Of a stretch of DNA of 64,000 nt, positions 25,280 to 39,568 are shown piece after piece. The DNA lies in assembly GCA_008632985.1 (NCBI GenBank), contig QPGO01000100.1, forward strand, positions 114,388-178,387, in the 5' to 3' direction. The DNA comes from Psammoneis japonica (lineage: Eukaryota). A program made the position numbers and the translations under genes. The notes under the pieces are model-generated. The model did not search any database, had not been told where the DNA came from, and was given only the letters and a program-made list of their open reading frames with translations. Each line of letters opens with the position of its first letter. Within the stretch, counting starts at the first letter, position 1.

Positions 25280-25982
25280 CAAACCATCTTGCAATGCAGT
25301 GTGCCATTGTGGTTGACTTGCACAACTGTGGCAGGACCTGCATGACTGTCAGCCCTGCACTTGGATTTTTGTGTTTTTGTTTGACGATGAGTGCCATTTT
25401 TGTCCTCATTCACATGGACAAGCTTCTGATTTCTGTCCCACACAGGTTTCCACTTGTTGGCTTGATGTGTGATGTTCAACATCACATCTCTGTTGAGTGC
25501 CAGCTGTGCCAGGCTTGCACATGTGGCAGTGTGAGCAGCTGCATTTTGTGCACAGCAAATGTGGCTTTGGAGAGAGTGCGCCATGCGGAGCACAATCTTC
25601 ATCCAATTCCATGTCCTGGGCTGAAAATGATCACATGTCATGTTCCTAGTCACATGATGCATGCCCTCTGCTGCAGTGCTTGTCTGTGGGCAGCTTTTGC
25701 TTGTGGGTTTCTTTTGGGGGCCACCACAGTCATCTTGAATCATCTGACCAAGTTTGGTCACAAACTTGGCTCCTCTGTCAAAGATGGCCTTCATCAGCCA
25801 TGGATGTCTGCATGGCCAGGTTTGTTTGATGACATTTGCTGCAATGTTGGCACATTTCATGGATGCTTGGGCAATTTTGAACCATCTCCAGTCACTGGAT
25901 TGGCTGCAGTTGCTGCCCACAAGTGTGGCAGTGTCTTGCCCTTGGTTGTTGCATTTGACAACATGTTCTTCATCATGTTTGT

Positions 25983-26013
<31 letters not shown>

Positions 26014-27330
26014 TCTCCCTGGGATGGTTTTCTGCCACCTTCTTAGGAAGCTTTCCATGTTTAAGATTGTGCACATCATTGTCTTCTGACACAAGTCAAG
26101 CTCAGAGCACATGGAGCCTCGTGCCTTGTCAGCGGAGGTGTTGGGCACAATGGAAATTTCTGTGTGTGTCTCTCCAGGATGATGCAGCTGAAAACATAGC
26201 GCCACTCAGTCAGCTGCCTCTGCAATGACTCTGGGATGCAAATTTTGTCCTCACAGCATGTCAGCTGCCTGTTTTTGGTGTTTCTTTTCCACAGAAAGAC
26301 CGTGTGGGAGCAGCTGCACCAAACACAGGCATTTTGTGACAGGCACCCATCCTTCTGCTGCTCCAATTGAAGTTTCTTGAAGCCAGCTTGAGCCATCATG
26401 ATTTTCTTTACTTTGCTGGACTTTGCAAAGACCTCTTCATGAGTCTTCACTTCAGGTGTTTCTGCAACCATTGCACCACATTCGGAGTCCAAACACAGTG
26501 CAATGTTGAGATGAATGATGCAGTCAGCAAACAAGCTGTGATGGCCTTTGCAGTTTGTCTCAAGAACTCAAGCCTGCACCACTTTTCATGCACCAAGCAC
26601 CAGTGCATGGCACACTTGGCATTGAGTGCTGCTTTGCACATGAGGTTTTGTAGATCCACATGCAAAAGAATGATTTTTGATGACCAAGGAGGACAAACCT
26701 GAACTCTTTCAGTGTCCCACAATTGCAGGCAATTCTCACACCATTCTTGTTGCACAATTTGCTCATTTGTGAGTGCAAAAATTGTTCCTGTTTGCACCCA
26801 AAAAATGCATGAAATGAGAGCATTGGGTGCTGCAATTGAAGCATGAGGATGATGATGACTGCAGCTGCTGCGATGCTTTTTCTCAAAAATGCAGTGCATC
26901 AGCATCTCACTCTAACCTGATGCTGATCATGCAATGCACAGCAAGAGTGCAGCACCAATGACAGCATCATGCTGGCATGTCTTTGTTTTACAAAGTTGTG
27001 GCCAGTTGTTCTTGCCATGGTGAAGCACGGCAAAGTTCAGAAAAAAAAACATGAAAATCATGAGCCATTTGGGCAAATTTGATGGAAAAAAGCAGTGAGC
27101 AACCAGCCAAGCAACCTTGAGCATTCTGCTGCAGAAGGCAGTGGGTTTGTCATCATGAGACAACATTGCTGCTCTCAGTTGATGTTCAGATGCACCGGCA
27201 CTGTGAGCCAGCCAGCTCCAGGTGATGAGCATTGGCGCACAATCCAACAACCAAAAATTGAAGTGGAAATTGTCTCTTTCCACATGGGGTGTGTGCACAC
27301 CCACTTTTTCATTTTTGGAGCTTGCGCTCC
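25280..27330 (-). mobile_element. Ty3/Gypsy pol relic (RNase H - integrase)
   Basis: ASEHQLRAA..KPTAFCSRML (cf. DAS.YQLGAV..KP.AFYSRKL); KICIPESLQRQLTEW..HPGETHT; IFDRGAKF..MIQDDCG..KP..PQ; ASLAQL..RDVMLNI; GPATVVQVNHNGT. Confidence 0.75.
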
Positions 27331-30300
27331 TGTTCTCTGCTGCTGCAGCTGTTGAGCTGATGATGTCACATTGTGCACTCAATTTTCCAGTCACCAGTGT
27401 GTCAATTTCTCCACTGATGAGTGCCAAAAAATTTCCTCTCCAAACTTCCTCTCCAGATGCCCACTTCCCACTCTCTTTTCACTCTGATGCACTGCTGTGG
27501 TGAAAAAAAATGGTGAAGCAGTCTGGGGCTGGCCACTGAAGCAAGTCAGGACCTGGCTCCTGCAAAAAAAAAGAATGTTGTTGCACAAACACATGTGCTT
27601 TCCAAGGAACCCCCATGCCCCCACATCATGCCAAGCTTGCAATGGTCATTCCCTCCAACTGCGCCTCTGACAATGCTGCCATGTCAGTCCCTCTGTTGTT
27701 CCAGGCACTGCTGCTCATTCTGACTTGACAGCTGCTGCCAAATTTCATGCCACAGAGTCATTTCCTTTTGATCCTCAAACATTTGCAAAACCAAAAAGAC
27801 CCTCATCAAGCACAGCATTGTGCTGCCACCAAAATGAGAGACACCATCTTGTCTTGTGCTGGCACCCCCAAAAGCAACAAGAGCTGTGACCCTTGCTCTG
27901 CACATTGTCTCCAGCTGACATCACTTTAATTGTCCATGCTTGTGGGGCTTGGTGTTGCCCAAGACAGTGGAAAATGCCATGCAAATGATCAAGCAGCTGG
28001 GGTGAAATGCAGGAACATGCCAATGACACAAAAGCAAAGGCAGCTGTGCTGATGACAAAAAAATCTTTTTGTCCATTCCATCACAACTGGAATCTGATTT
28101 TCTCAACAAGTCCAGTGGTGCACCCAAGCCATCATCACGCCAAATGAAAAAAGGAAAGAGTGCCACAGAGCAGCCTTGACTGAGGAGGAGGAAGCCAACA
28201 CAACATCATGTGGCTCTCATTGCAGCCTCATCAACAATCTCACAAAGTTTCCCTTGTCAAACAAATGAAAGTGATGCTGGTGGGGTTTGAGAGTGCACAA
28301 ATCAGCACTGGACATTTTGACCAAGCAAATTGCTGCACAAATTGTTGCCACCAGTCATGCTGCATTGACCTGTGTTTCAGAAGATGGCTTTTGTCTGCTT
28401 CCATGGGATGAGCTCCCCCACTGAGTCACAGAAGATGCTGCACAGAGTGAGCCCAATCTGCTGGTCCCAGTCAAGTCCAGTGGGTGGGTTTGCAAGGGAG
28501 CACATTTCAGCTGTGTTTGAAGAGCCAGAGGAAAGTGCATGCCTGGACAATCTTCTGACTGTCAAATGAGAGCACTGCTCAAGGAGCAAGTTGCAACAAC
28601 AAGTGCAGAGCTAAGTGAGCCACAGCTGCCTCATCTGCAACTGTGAAGGACTTGAAGCAGAAGCACTGCACCCATTCTAAATCCCTCACATTTGAACAAC
28701 AACAAGGAGCATGAAGTCATTCTCAATGCAGCTTGCCAATGAGAGACATTGGGCTGTTGTAGGGAGAAGTGGGATGATGAGGAAAGTGACATGAAAGAGC
28801 TGAATGAAGAGAACAAAGACAATGATCTGTTGAAGCAAGAGTTTGACAGCAATGATCACCAAGCTGTCAAAAAGGAGGTGGACATTTTTGGTGCCAAACA
28901 CAACACAAAAACTCAGGTTTGTGTCCCCAAGCCACATTGTCTCTGACACTTTCTGCTTTCCAAGGTTCTTTTTGGCAAACTTGGGGAACTCAAACTTGTG
29001 CCACTGACACTTGCAAGCTCAGTCCCACACAATGCTCTTGCCAAATCATGCCATTGGTTGCCAAGATGCCAACAACTCAACCACACAGAACACTGCCAGC
29101 AGGCAAAGCACAACCATGGTTTGAGTAAAAAATCAAATCCCATTGCACAAAAGCAGCAACGCAGCACACAATGGCTCTTGTTCACCAAATGGCACAATGC
29201 AGCCAGTGCATTGATTGTCAAACATGGTGACAACCCTTTGGCTGCTCTGCACAACCATTTTTGGGGTTTCCTTGATGTGGGTTTCTTGCAGTTGCCAAAT
29301 CATGCTTGCAGCAACCAAGAAGCAATTGTTGTTTGTTTTGGTTGCTCATGTCTGCGAATCAATGTGAGATGCAATGCAATCCCTTGCTTGGAGAACACAC
29401 ACACAAATGAAGGACACTTGACAGAGACAAAAATGTGCAAGAGTCTTTTGGCCTTTTGCAGAAATTGCACTTGTTGTGCCAAAAACACAGGCACCACATC
29501 AATGTTAGAATGTGGCAGCACATTTCTTTCTGGCAAAGTGTGCATGTCTCCAGGTTTTAAAGCCAGAAGATCTTTCCAAACTCATGAACAAAGAGTCTTG
29601 AAATTGCACTCTGCTCACTCCAATGAAACACACACTCTCTTGCTCCATTTGGTGGTGTGGCCACAAAAGCAAAAATCCTCTGCTGCATTTCTCATGTCTT
29701 TGAGCATTTGAATCTCTTCTGCAACAGGCATCAACCTCTTGAAACTGCAGAGTCAGAAACAGTTGCAAATGCAAGCAACCTTGTTTTCAATGATTTTTTG
29801 CCTGCTTGATTGACGTCCACTGCAATTTTTGGTGTGCCTCTGCTGCTGAGTGAATGACTTCCATGCAGCTTGTCATCTTCCCACCACAAGATTTTGAGTT
29901 GCAAGGATCTGTGAACCAAGCTTTGCACAGCATTCACAGTGTGCACTTCTCTGGCTTTGCCACAGAATGTTGACTTCACAGGATGTGGCTGTTTTTGGCC
30001 CAAGTGCTTGCTGGAGCAGAGTTCCAAAAATGAGGCAACCACTGCATGCCCTGAGAGACAGATTGATGCATGTGCAATCTCTGTGAGGCAAAGTCAAAGA
30101 CAAAATCACACAGTCAAGCAAACAAGATGATCAGAAGTTGGAGATGGCAACAAGAAAGCTGCAGCAGTGCCAAGTGTTGGGGGGGGCACAAGTGGGTTTG
30201 TTGATTTTGTGCTGGTGCCTCAGGTGGTTGATGGCTGAATCTGTGTGCATGAATGCCACTCCATTGCTTGGCACAACATTCACACTCAAGCAGAGAAACA

Positions 30301-33169
30301 ACTCAACATGATGTTGCATGCTTTCATGAAAAGCAACTTGCTGCAGCAATTTTTTGCTGCTTTTGTGTCTCAAACATTGGTGTGGCCCTTCCACCTCTGT
30401 CTCACATCAAGCACAGCAGCCAGCTCTCTTGACTTTTGATTCTTGGATGTGGGATCAAAGAAACTTCCAAGGAGACTGCCCAAAGAGGTGCTGTCTTTGA
30501 AGGCTTGGTTTGTGTGCTGTTGTCAACATTCTCTGGAGGCTTGCACATTGCTGCACAAACATTGCACCAGCACCACTTTAGCATGTGAGTTGCAACTCAC
30601 CCAGTGTGGTGGAGTTAAAAAGAAAAAAGGGAAAGCAGCTCTGGCGGCAGCTTCTTTCCTCAAGGCTGTGGTTGCTTGGTCAATGCCCACTCACAACTTC
30701 ATTTCTTTCTCCCCTCTCTCCCCCCCCCTTTGGAGCCACTGATGTCACTGAAGTCATTTTGCCAGTGTCCAAGAAAACTCCCCAGCACCCAACCATGGCT
30801 TTGGTTTGGACTGAACAATCATTTCTGACTGTGAACACCAGGGAGTGGGCAGAGACATGCATGGATGATTGGGCAGAGTGCTGCAGTGCACAGCAAACAA
30901 CAATGGCAGCAGTGAGGCTCACCATGACATGACACACCTTGCTGCAAAAAAAGAAAAAGAGACCTTCTCACTCTGTGCTCCTCTGCAGAAGCATTGCCAG
31001 ACAAAAGCCTGCTTGCAGCCCTCACAAAAGCACAGCAAGTTGGCTGATGGGAAGTGGGGTCATTGTCTGGCAGCAGAAAGTCATCCCACAGCACCGGTGC
31101 CAGCAACTCTGAGTGCATCCTCCATGAACCAGCATCATGGTCACAATGTGCTCAATGAGTTGGACTTTGTTCAGTCCTCTGTCATTGCTTGCATCTCCTT
31201 CTGCTTTGCATGCTTCAGAGTGCAGTGTGTGGGCCCAAGCACATCAGGGCATCTTGGCAAAGCGAGACACCCCTTTGTTGTCTAGAGGAGGAGGGGCAAC
31301 TGAGTTGTGTTTGCAAAGAAGCTGTTGATCAGTGAAAGAAAGACAGCATTGAACATCTGACCACAACATCAGCAAACAAAATTGCCAAAAGTGAGGTGTC
31401 TCCTTCAATGCTTTCAATGAGTTTGAAAAAGTGCTGGAGGAAGGAAGGAAGTCAGATGGGCATGTCAACATCATCTTGAGAAAGGGGCCAAATTAAAGAG
31501 AACCCCTTGTGAGTCCACACCTTTCACTGTCGTTGTGCTTGGACTCAGCAACATGGGTTGGTGGGAGAAGTTGGGCCATGGTGTCATTTTTGTTGACAAA
31601 ATGCACTCTAAACTCTGGCCACTTTCATGTGCTTGATTGGATGAACCTTTGCTCCTGGCTGTCATGTGATGCAAAATGAATCATGTCAAGGGTGGAGTGC
31701 AAGTTCTGGCTGGAGCATTTCTCTGTTCTCAAAAGAGTGCAGACAACAAATGGGATGAATGTTGAATGTTGCTTCTGTGTGACACATGGAGCAAGTGCTC
31801 TGGAGGATCCTTTGATGATGCTTGGTGGATTGCTGCATGTCACAGCTGATTTTTGACTTTGGAGAGCTGACTCAGATGAGCAACTGGGTGGTGATTGTGG
31901 GTGCTTCAGCTCTGATTGCAGATGAGTTGTCAACAACAACAACAGAAGAAGCACAGTGGCATGTGGACATTTTCTCAGTGCAGTCATGGCATGCTCCTTT
32001 CTCACTTCTTCTTTTTTTGTTCTACACAGCACTGACAGGTGCTTTGGAGCTGCAACAGCTGCATCAACAAGACCAGCCAATCTCCAGAAGTTTGTCTGAG
32101 TGATGGTTGCCACAATTTCTTGTTTTTTTTTGCAACAAGCACTGTGGGTCCTTGGCAGCTTCAACAGCTGCTGCACCCACCACTGCAACACACACATGCT
32201 GCCAGCTGCTGAGTGTGAACATGTGGGCATGTCTCACACTCACAGGGTCTGTGCAGCACAATGAAAAAGGGCAGTTGGAATGGTCCAATGCAGTGCACAA
32301 GAGTGAGCCAAGGGCCCGGTGCACACAGCACAGGGTGTCAACTCAGGAGGATTTTGCACTGGTTTTGTGCCATTGTGCACAACTCTCTTGTCTGTTGTCA
32401 CCGGCACATGCCAACTTTTCTGTTGATGGTGAATTGGCGCCAGGTGCACCATGAAAAACACAATCATCTCTCACTTTCACACAGCAAATGAACCTTGTTG
32501 CACTTCCTTTGTGTGACTTTTTGCACCTCCAATGAGGTGCCTTGCACACAACCACCACACTCACCCCACCTGCCTGGGCAGGCTGGGCTTTGGAGGTGGT
32601 GGAACCCATGACCACACTGTTGCTCAGGATTTCATCAAAGCCAAAGGCATGCCACCAGATTCTCCTTTCCAATGCTGGGAACATGGTCAAGGGAGGATTT
32701 GTGAAGGATGCAAATGACAACAAGAGCACCCAGTGCACAACACACACACTGTCTGGCAGTTTGAACAAAGTCCAAAAGGCCTTGTGATGCCAACCCCAGC
32801 CAAGCTTGATTTTCATCTGAAAAGGCTCAAATGGCTGAAATGGCTCAAAAAGTCACCTGGAAAGAAGCAAATGTCTTTTCTTGAAGGTCAGCAACTTCCA
32901 AAAAGATTGCTTTGCTTTTTCAAGCTGTGGAAGGGCTTGAAATTTGCCATGTTGAACACAGACCACAGTGCTGCTCTGCAACCACTGACATCACATGCAA
33001 CTTGTTGATGTGCTGCAACATCATCCCTGTTTTGTTGATGACTTGCTGTTGCCACTCTGGCTGCACTGCTCTTGCACCATGCATGTGTCATGCAAGCCTT
33101 CCACCACTCATGCTGATTTGAATCGTGATGCAAAAATGCTGTTGTTCAAATTTCAAGCTTTTTGTTCAA

Positions 33170-33480
33170 AATGCAGGGTGCGCGCAGGCTTTGTCTTGCA
33201 ATCAACTTGTCCTTGGGTTTGCCACCTCAGCAGTGGGAAAAACAAAGCAAGTGCCTTCAATGTCTGCAGGAACACTCCCTTCTTGCTTCTTGGGGATGCA
33301 CAAATTTTGATGAGAATGTCTTTGATCCCTTTGAGCATTTTGCTTCAACGATGCTGAGAGGGCCAAGCTTTGCATGATTGCACTGTTCTTGATGTTGCAT
33401 GCTTGGGATTCCAGCAACATGATGGCTCCATTCACTCCCCCCATGACAGTCAAGTTGGTGTCATCAGCATGTTCATGACC
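33170..33480 (-). mobile_element. Possible Ty1/Copia RNase H relic
   Basis: LLESQACNIKN..LKQNA..RH and TKP resemble FLEAQGY.I..N..LE.NG..RH..TKP; heavily decayed. Confidence 0.4.
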
Positions 33481-33639
33481 CCCAAAACAGAGTCTTGAAA
33501 GTTTCAGAGAAAATGTTCAACACAACAACCCTGACTTCCCTTTTCTGGCTGGGAGCATGAAAAACTGTTGCAAAAGGTTGTGGAGAATGTCACTTCAACT
33601 GCTGGCAGTCTTGCAATGTGACAAAAAGAGAGTCTCAGT

Positions 33640-33945
33640 GGAGCTTTGTGGTGCTGTGATGCAACTCTGATGTGCTTTTAAACTGTGGAACAGGACAACC
33701 TTGCAGAGCTGCAAAAGGCAATTCTGGCACACCTCCAAACTCCAACAGGGTGCAGGAAAACCTCAGTGTAGCTGGTGATGCCAGCAGGCACAGAGCAAAA
33801 ACTCTGGTGCACTTTTAAACTGGGGAGCAGGGGACTCTTGCAGTGCCGCAATGCAGTTCTGACACATTTTTGAGCTGGGGAGTGGGAGAGAAGCTTGCCA
33901 TGTCACAGTGTGGCTCTGATGTGCACTTGAAACTGGGGCTGCAAA
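33640..33945. repeat. Degenerate short repeats
   Basis: Recurrent ctctgRtgYRcttttaaactg...ttgcag motif near 33665, 33802, 33858 and 33914. Confidence 0.55.
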
Positions 33946-35265
33946 ACTGTGGTCATCAGTGGTTCAGAAGAGCAGCCAGGCAATTCACCATCAGTGCCAT
34001 TGTTGAGAGAAGCTCTTGAAGAGACTTTTTAGATGGCATGGGCTCAGTCGCTCCATCGAGATGCATTTGGGCTTTTTTTGAAAATGGGGTCAGGAGGTTG
34101 CATGGAGGCCAAAACCAAATGAAGGATGAATTTTTTCAAATGACAATTGAGCTCTGCTGGGGGGCTGGCCTGAGCACCCCACCTGTGTTTTTTTCTGAAT
34201 GTTGATGTCCTCTTTTTTGCTGAAGGCAACCCAAATGTTTGCATCTGTGTGCGAGCACATGTTGTGTCCGCAGCAATCGATGCAGATGCATTGTTCATTT
34301 GTTTGCATGCAATGGCAGCCACAAATGCAACACACTCCATCAACAACAACAAACTTGCCATGACGCTTGCACACTTTGAGACAGAGCGCAGCCCATGCCG
34401 CGTGTGTGTGCCCCCACGTGTGCTTTGAAATGATCCTCCATTGCTCGCAGAGAGAAAACAGCAACTGCAAAATGTTCAATTTTTTGCCTGTCACTTTTCA
34501 GCCACATGGCTCAACAACAAGCCTGTTTCACTCTCATGTGTTGATTCTCCCATGCATGGGTTCACGAGATGTGATGCACTGGTGGTCGTCTTTGTCGCGG
34601 CTCTTGAAAATGTGACAACATGAAGAAAGCAGCAAGACACAGCAGAAGAGCTGCCATGGTGGTGGTTGAGGTGGTTTTTGCAGTTGCCAGCTGTGGTGTT
34701 CCTGTGGCAAATTTGTGCTGAAACTGAGTTGTGCTTGTCAAGTTGGTGTGGGTGGTGTTGTGCCTGCCACTTTTGGTGGCATCGGGGCCAGCAGCAAAAA
34801 AAAAAATCACGACCTGTGGCAACAAAAAAAGCACCACAACTGAGTCTCCTCTGAGCATGGTGGATGGATTGTTCTTGCACCACCCAGGAATCCACTGGCA
34901 TGGCACTAACCTGGGTGTTCAGGTCTCTGGTGGCACCTGCGCTGACGCTTGATGGTTTCCGTTCCAAAGGTGTTCATGACTGCCGCCAGTCGGTGTGTGA
35001 ACTCTGTGGTGTGCACGTTTGACTAACTGTGAGTGGCGCAGGAAAAGTTACACACGTCAGCATGCGAACTCACTCGTATGTACCCTTTAGAGTATGAATA
35101 TTTATTACTTATATGGGAAGTCAAAAGAAGAAGGTCGCGATCAACTTCAACAGATTTTGCGGAAGAACGCAAAGACACTCTTCAGATTTGCAGCGACCGG
35201 CAAAGAACAACACGAAAGATCGTTTTGTGATTGCTGCTCTATCATATACTGTTCCAACAATAACC

Positions 35266-37088
35266 ATGGCTCGTTTTGGGCGCTTCCGCAAGTCCAAGTC
35301 GTTACCGGCAAGAGAATGTAGTAAAGAACTCACGAAAACACTTTCCCCGTCCGACATTCCGCGAGAAAAAGCCGCACCTCTTCAGATTGGCCCGTTTCGA
35401 TTGGATAAGAATTTGGGAATCGGATCGTTTGGTAAAGTCAAGCTTGCGACTCATATTTCTTCTGGAGAAAAGGTGGCCATCAAGGTCATTGCCAAGAAGA
35501 AAGTAGCGGAATTGAAAATGCACGATAAGGTTCAGCGTGAAATCAACATTTTACAGCCTCTTCGACACGAGAATATCATGTGGCTGCACTGCGTGATTGA
35601 TACTCCTACGGATATATTTTTAGTTAACGAATTCGTTAGTGGCGGAGAACTATTTGATTACATGGTTGCCAAGGGAAGGTCAAAGCCAGAAGAAGCTCGT
35701 TGGTTCTTTCATCAAATCATGAGTGGAGTCGAGTACTGTCATCTACACAGAGTCGTTCATAGAGACTTGAAACCTGAGAATATTTTGATGGATAGCAGGC
35801 TTCATATCAAGCTTGCCGACTTTGGCTTGTCAAATATACTGAGAGATGGAGAGTTTCTCAGGAGCTCGTGCGGCTCTCCCAATTACGCCGCTCCCGAAGT
35901 CATTCGTGGACACTTTTATGCCGGACCAGAAGTGGACGTTTGGAGTTGTGGAGTCGTGCTGTACGCGCTCTTGTGTGGGTCGCTCCCGTTTGACGATGAG
36001 GAAATTCCAAAGCTCTTTCGTAAAATCAAGAGTGGGCAATTTCGGTATCCCAATCACATGTCTGATTCTGCAAAGAAGCTGATTTCTGGAATGCTGAATG
36101 TTGATCCGATGGAGCGAATTGGTATCGCAGAAATCAAGCAACACGATGGTTTCTTGGTGAAAAGCGTTCTCCTCCTCAGACTCACGGTGGCGGAGCCTCC
36201 CAAATGACAAACAAGAATGCTATCCGGTCAAGACGCGTGGCGACCCAGCTGCTACGGATCCTTCTCGACTTATCGAGAGCTCGGATTCTCAAAAGGAGAA
36301 CCGGGACTCTTTGTATCCTACGAGTGAGGACCCAAACTTGCGCAAGAAAATGGGAAAGCTTGGCTTGGGCTGTGTCACTTGTGGATTTAAAAAGGGCTCT
36401 CCCCATGATGAGGTAAAGCAGGAGTCAGCCGTATTGCATACAAGCTGTTTGTCAAGTCAGACAGCCCGCTAGCGTTTCAACCCAAATCATTGGATGGAAA
36501 GACGAGTCGTCGTCGGAGCCAACGCAATGTCTTTATACCTGGAAATTTCTTTGCGCCACAAGCTGGCGACAAGGAGTATCATCATCGAAAGTGGTACGCT
36601 GGACTTCAATCGAGAAAGCCCTCCAGCTCAATCATGACTCAAGTCTACAAGGCGCTCATGGCGTCCAACTGTCAATGGTTTCAAATTTCGCCGTATTGTG
36701 TCAAGTGTCGATGGATCGAGAATGATCGAACCGTCAAGCTTGTCCTGAGACTGTATAAGGAACAGCAGCATTTGTATGTATTGGATTTTCAACAAGTGGT
36801 GGGTAACCCAATTTGTTTGCGACCTTGTGCTCCAATATTATCTACAATTTAAAATCTTCATCGCAGCGCAAGGCAAAAACAAAAAGCAAACCAAGGAAGA
36901 CCTTTCAAGTAGGCAACAGATTTCTGCCGTTGCACCTGGTAGTACACCGCCACACACGACGTTGCCGCCAATTACTCAAGCGGCGGCACTGGCCAACAAC
37001 CGCCAAGAATGAAAACACAGAAATTACAACATTGACGCGGATCTGGAAGCAACAACTTCCACACCTACGGCTGCACCGCCACGAATAA
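35266..37088 (+). CDS. SNF1/AMPK catalytic alpha subunit, with several frameshifts after the kinase domain
   Basis: GIGSFGKVK, VAIK, HRDLKPEN, DFGLSN, SCGSPNYAAPE, YAGPEVDVWSCGV; C-terminal RKWYAGLQSR..IM..VYKAL..W..YVLDFQ. Frame breaks near 36148, between ~36150 and 36420, and near 36812. End approximate. Confidence 0.8.
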
Positions 37089-37161
37089 CAAACAGATATT
37101 ATAATGAAGATCTGGAATGAATATACTAGCTGTATAAAATAAACGTTTTCTACACTAGCTA

Positions 37162-39191
37162 TTACATTTGTTCCGATTGCCATGACGTTTCCGTCAAGGC
37201 AACCGTGCGAGGCCGCATTGGTTTCGATGATTTCTCCTCCGTTGATTCTTTCTTCTTCTTCTTTGTCTTTTTTCTCTTTGGACCTTGTCTTCTCGTGATT
37301 GTTTTGCGTCTCCACGATTTTGGCAAGTCGCGTACTTGAATTCTTCCGTGAGGTACGGATTGCAAGGACGGAGAAATGTTTTGAGATTTCAACACTTGCG
37401 ACAAGACGCCGCCCGGTACAGCGCGTTTCATTTCGTTCCAAACGAGGTCGCCCAATTTGCCTTCTTCACAGCACTTGACAAAGAGCCGCGTCGCCATTTC
37501 ATCTCGTACCGGAGAACCTTGAGGCATGAGATTAGCGCAACACTTGATCATGTTACCATAACTCAAGCTGTCTGGACCGAGATGTAACTGTTCTGGCATG
37601 CTGGACATTTGTTTAAAGGTATTCACTGCTGTCTGCAGTGCCTGCTTTTGTTGTTCTTCCGTAGTACCCATTCCTGAGAAGGCACATGCATTCAAGACAG
37701 TATTGAACGGAATCACCGAAGGCTCCAACGACTCTTGCTGAGTCACATGCCACATGTCTAGCATTTGGTCCAGTAGCTCTCTTGCACGCAAAGCCTTGTC
37801 TGGTTCCTTTGACTTGGCCCATGCGTTCAACACACACGTAAAGGAAATGACGTCGGGTGCAATGTTGGAGTGTTTGTCTTCTTTGCTCGCAGCAATCATG
37901 TAGTTCAAAACGGCCTGTGCTCTCTTGGCTGCACCGGGCAAGGAGCTTTTCGACCACGCGTCCAAGACGGTGTTGTAGCTAATGGTATTTGGCTGTGGCG
38001 CCAGGGCGGTAGTAGCGTTTGGAGAGTTGTATTCCTTTTGCATTTGCTTCAAGACCTTTTCCGCTTGTTGAGCTGCATTGACATGGCTACTGTGGCTCCA
38101 CGACGAAATGACAGAGTTGTAGGTAATGTCATCGGGGGCGGTGGCATATCCCATTTCGTCGTGCAGCTCTTTCATTTGATTCAAGAGTGCCATGGCTTTT
38201 GTACCGGCCCGAGCATCCCCACTCGTGGCCCAAGCGTGAATGACACCATTGAAAACAATGGTATCCGGCTCTACAATCTTTTGAGACAACATTTGATCCA
38301 AAATGGCGTGTGCTTGCTCGGCGGCCTCTCCGTCACGGCATTTCGCCCATCCACTAATCACGGTAGAGTACGAGTGCACCGTCGGCTTGATTTGGTCACT
38401 CTGTAATTGTTCCAATCGTTCTAAAATAAGTTGTGCCCGTTCGGCAGCCTCAAAGGTTCCTTGTTGTGCCCATGCATTCAAAACAGCATCGCACGTGACG
38501 GACGTGATGCTAATCGACGTATCCACCAATTGTCGCTCCAACAATTCAAACAAGATTCGTTCGGCATCTTGCGCCGCATTCTTGTTTTTGTTGGAATGAC
38601 TTCTCGCATAGGCATCAATCACAGACGTGTAACTCACGACGTTGGGTTGCACATTGTTTTTTTTCATTTCTTGAATGACATTCTCGGCGTCTCGTCCTGC
38701 GTTGCCTTTTTCGATTTGGCGAGTGCGTTGATCCACAAATTGTATGCGTGAACGGTAGGTTTGTAGCGACTGTTTTGAGTCGTTTCGTACATGTAATTCA
38801 TTCGATGAATCATTTCTTCCGCCTTTTGTGAAGCATTCCGAGCGCCTTTGCGAACCAGCTCGTTGACATCGTGCATCATAATGTACCGTTTCTTTCGCCA
38901 CTTGGAATCCGAAAAAGAACGATCGTGCTCGACATGCATGTCGGCACCTTTCATAGAGTCGGCGTCTCTATCCTCTTTAACGTGATCTGAACTGTCAGCT
39001 ATGGTTTCAACGGCTTTGGCAGAATTGACTGAATCATCATCAGAGCTGTCGGTGGTGGCAGCAGAACCAATCATGACGCTATTTGTTCTGTGAACCTGCC
39101 AACGATTTGTCGCTGTTGAAAATGTGTTTCCTGGCTCAATCAAGGCAGTACCAATAAGCCAAAAGCTCGATATTGATAGTGAGAGCTTCAT
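37162..39191 (-). CDS. Pentatricopeptide-repeat protein, probably plastid-targeted; 1-bp frameshift in an A-run near 38706
   Basis: Tandem PNVVSYTSVIDAYARS / PDTIVFNGVIHAWA / PNTISYNTVLDAWSKS repeats; signal peptide followed by NT-F. Confidence 0.88.
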
Positions 39192-39568
39192 TATGAAGAA
39201 ACTCTGTTGATTAATGCTATTGATCGGGTGTGATGGAGGCCGTTGGCCATTGCTGTCATCGGCGATCGGTGGCAGAAAAAATGAAGAATTGCGAAAGGAG
39301 TTCGGAATACGCGTTATTTGTGTTGAATAAGGTTTATACTCATTAAATGATTATTTGAAATAAAGTAATTATGACAAAATCTTTATTTGTTTGAGGTAAC
39401 TTCACCACGTGCTTGGCGTCGAGCCGTCGCTCGTCGGAACGATTGATCGCATCGCTCACAGAAAAAAACGTAAGACGATGATGTCAAGCGAAGACACCGC
39501 CGCCATTATTGCGTTGCTACTGTTACAATTATAATCCACGATAATACACTAAAGACACATTCGTAATC

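Larger units (their letters stand above)
20165..35045. other. TpA- and CpG-depleted degenerate repeat block 1
   Basis: Almost no TA or CG across ~15 kb; TG/CA excess; six-frame ORFs rich in Cys/His/Gln and nearly free of Tyr. Confidence 0.95.

Noticed and set aside
25978..26013. (GT)n plus poly-G run as a functional element
   Set aside because: Ordinary microsatellite/homopolymer in decayed DNA; could derive from converted TA/CG runs.
20165..35045. Dense overlapping Cys/His/Gln-rich ORFs in all six frames as novel genes or an alternative genetic code
   Set aside because: Loss of TA removes TAA/TAG stops and Tyr codons, which inflates ORF length on both strands. Flanking genes use the standard code.
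38700..38712. Programmed frameshift in the PPR gene (and in the lipase near 15128)
   Set aside because: Single-base losses in short homopolymers in several unrelated genes are better explained by assembly indels.
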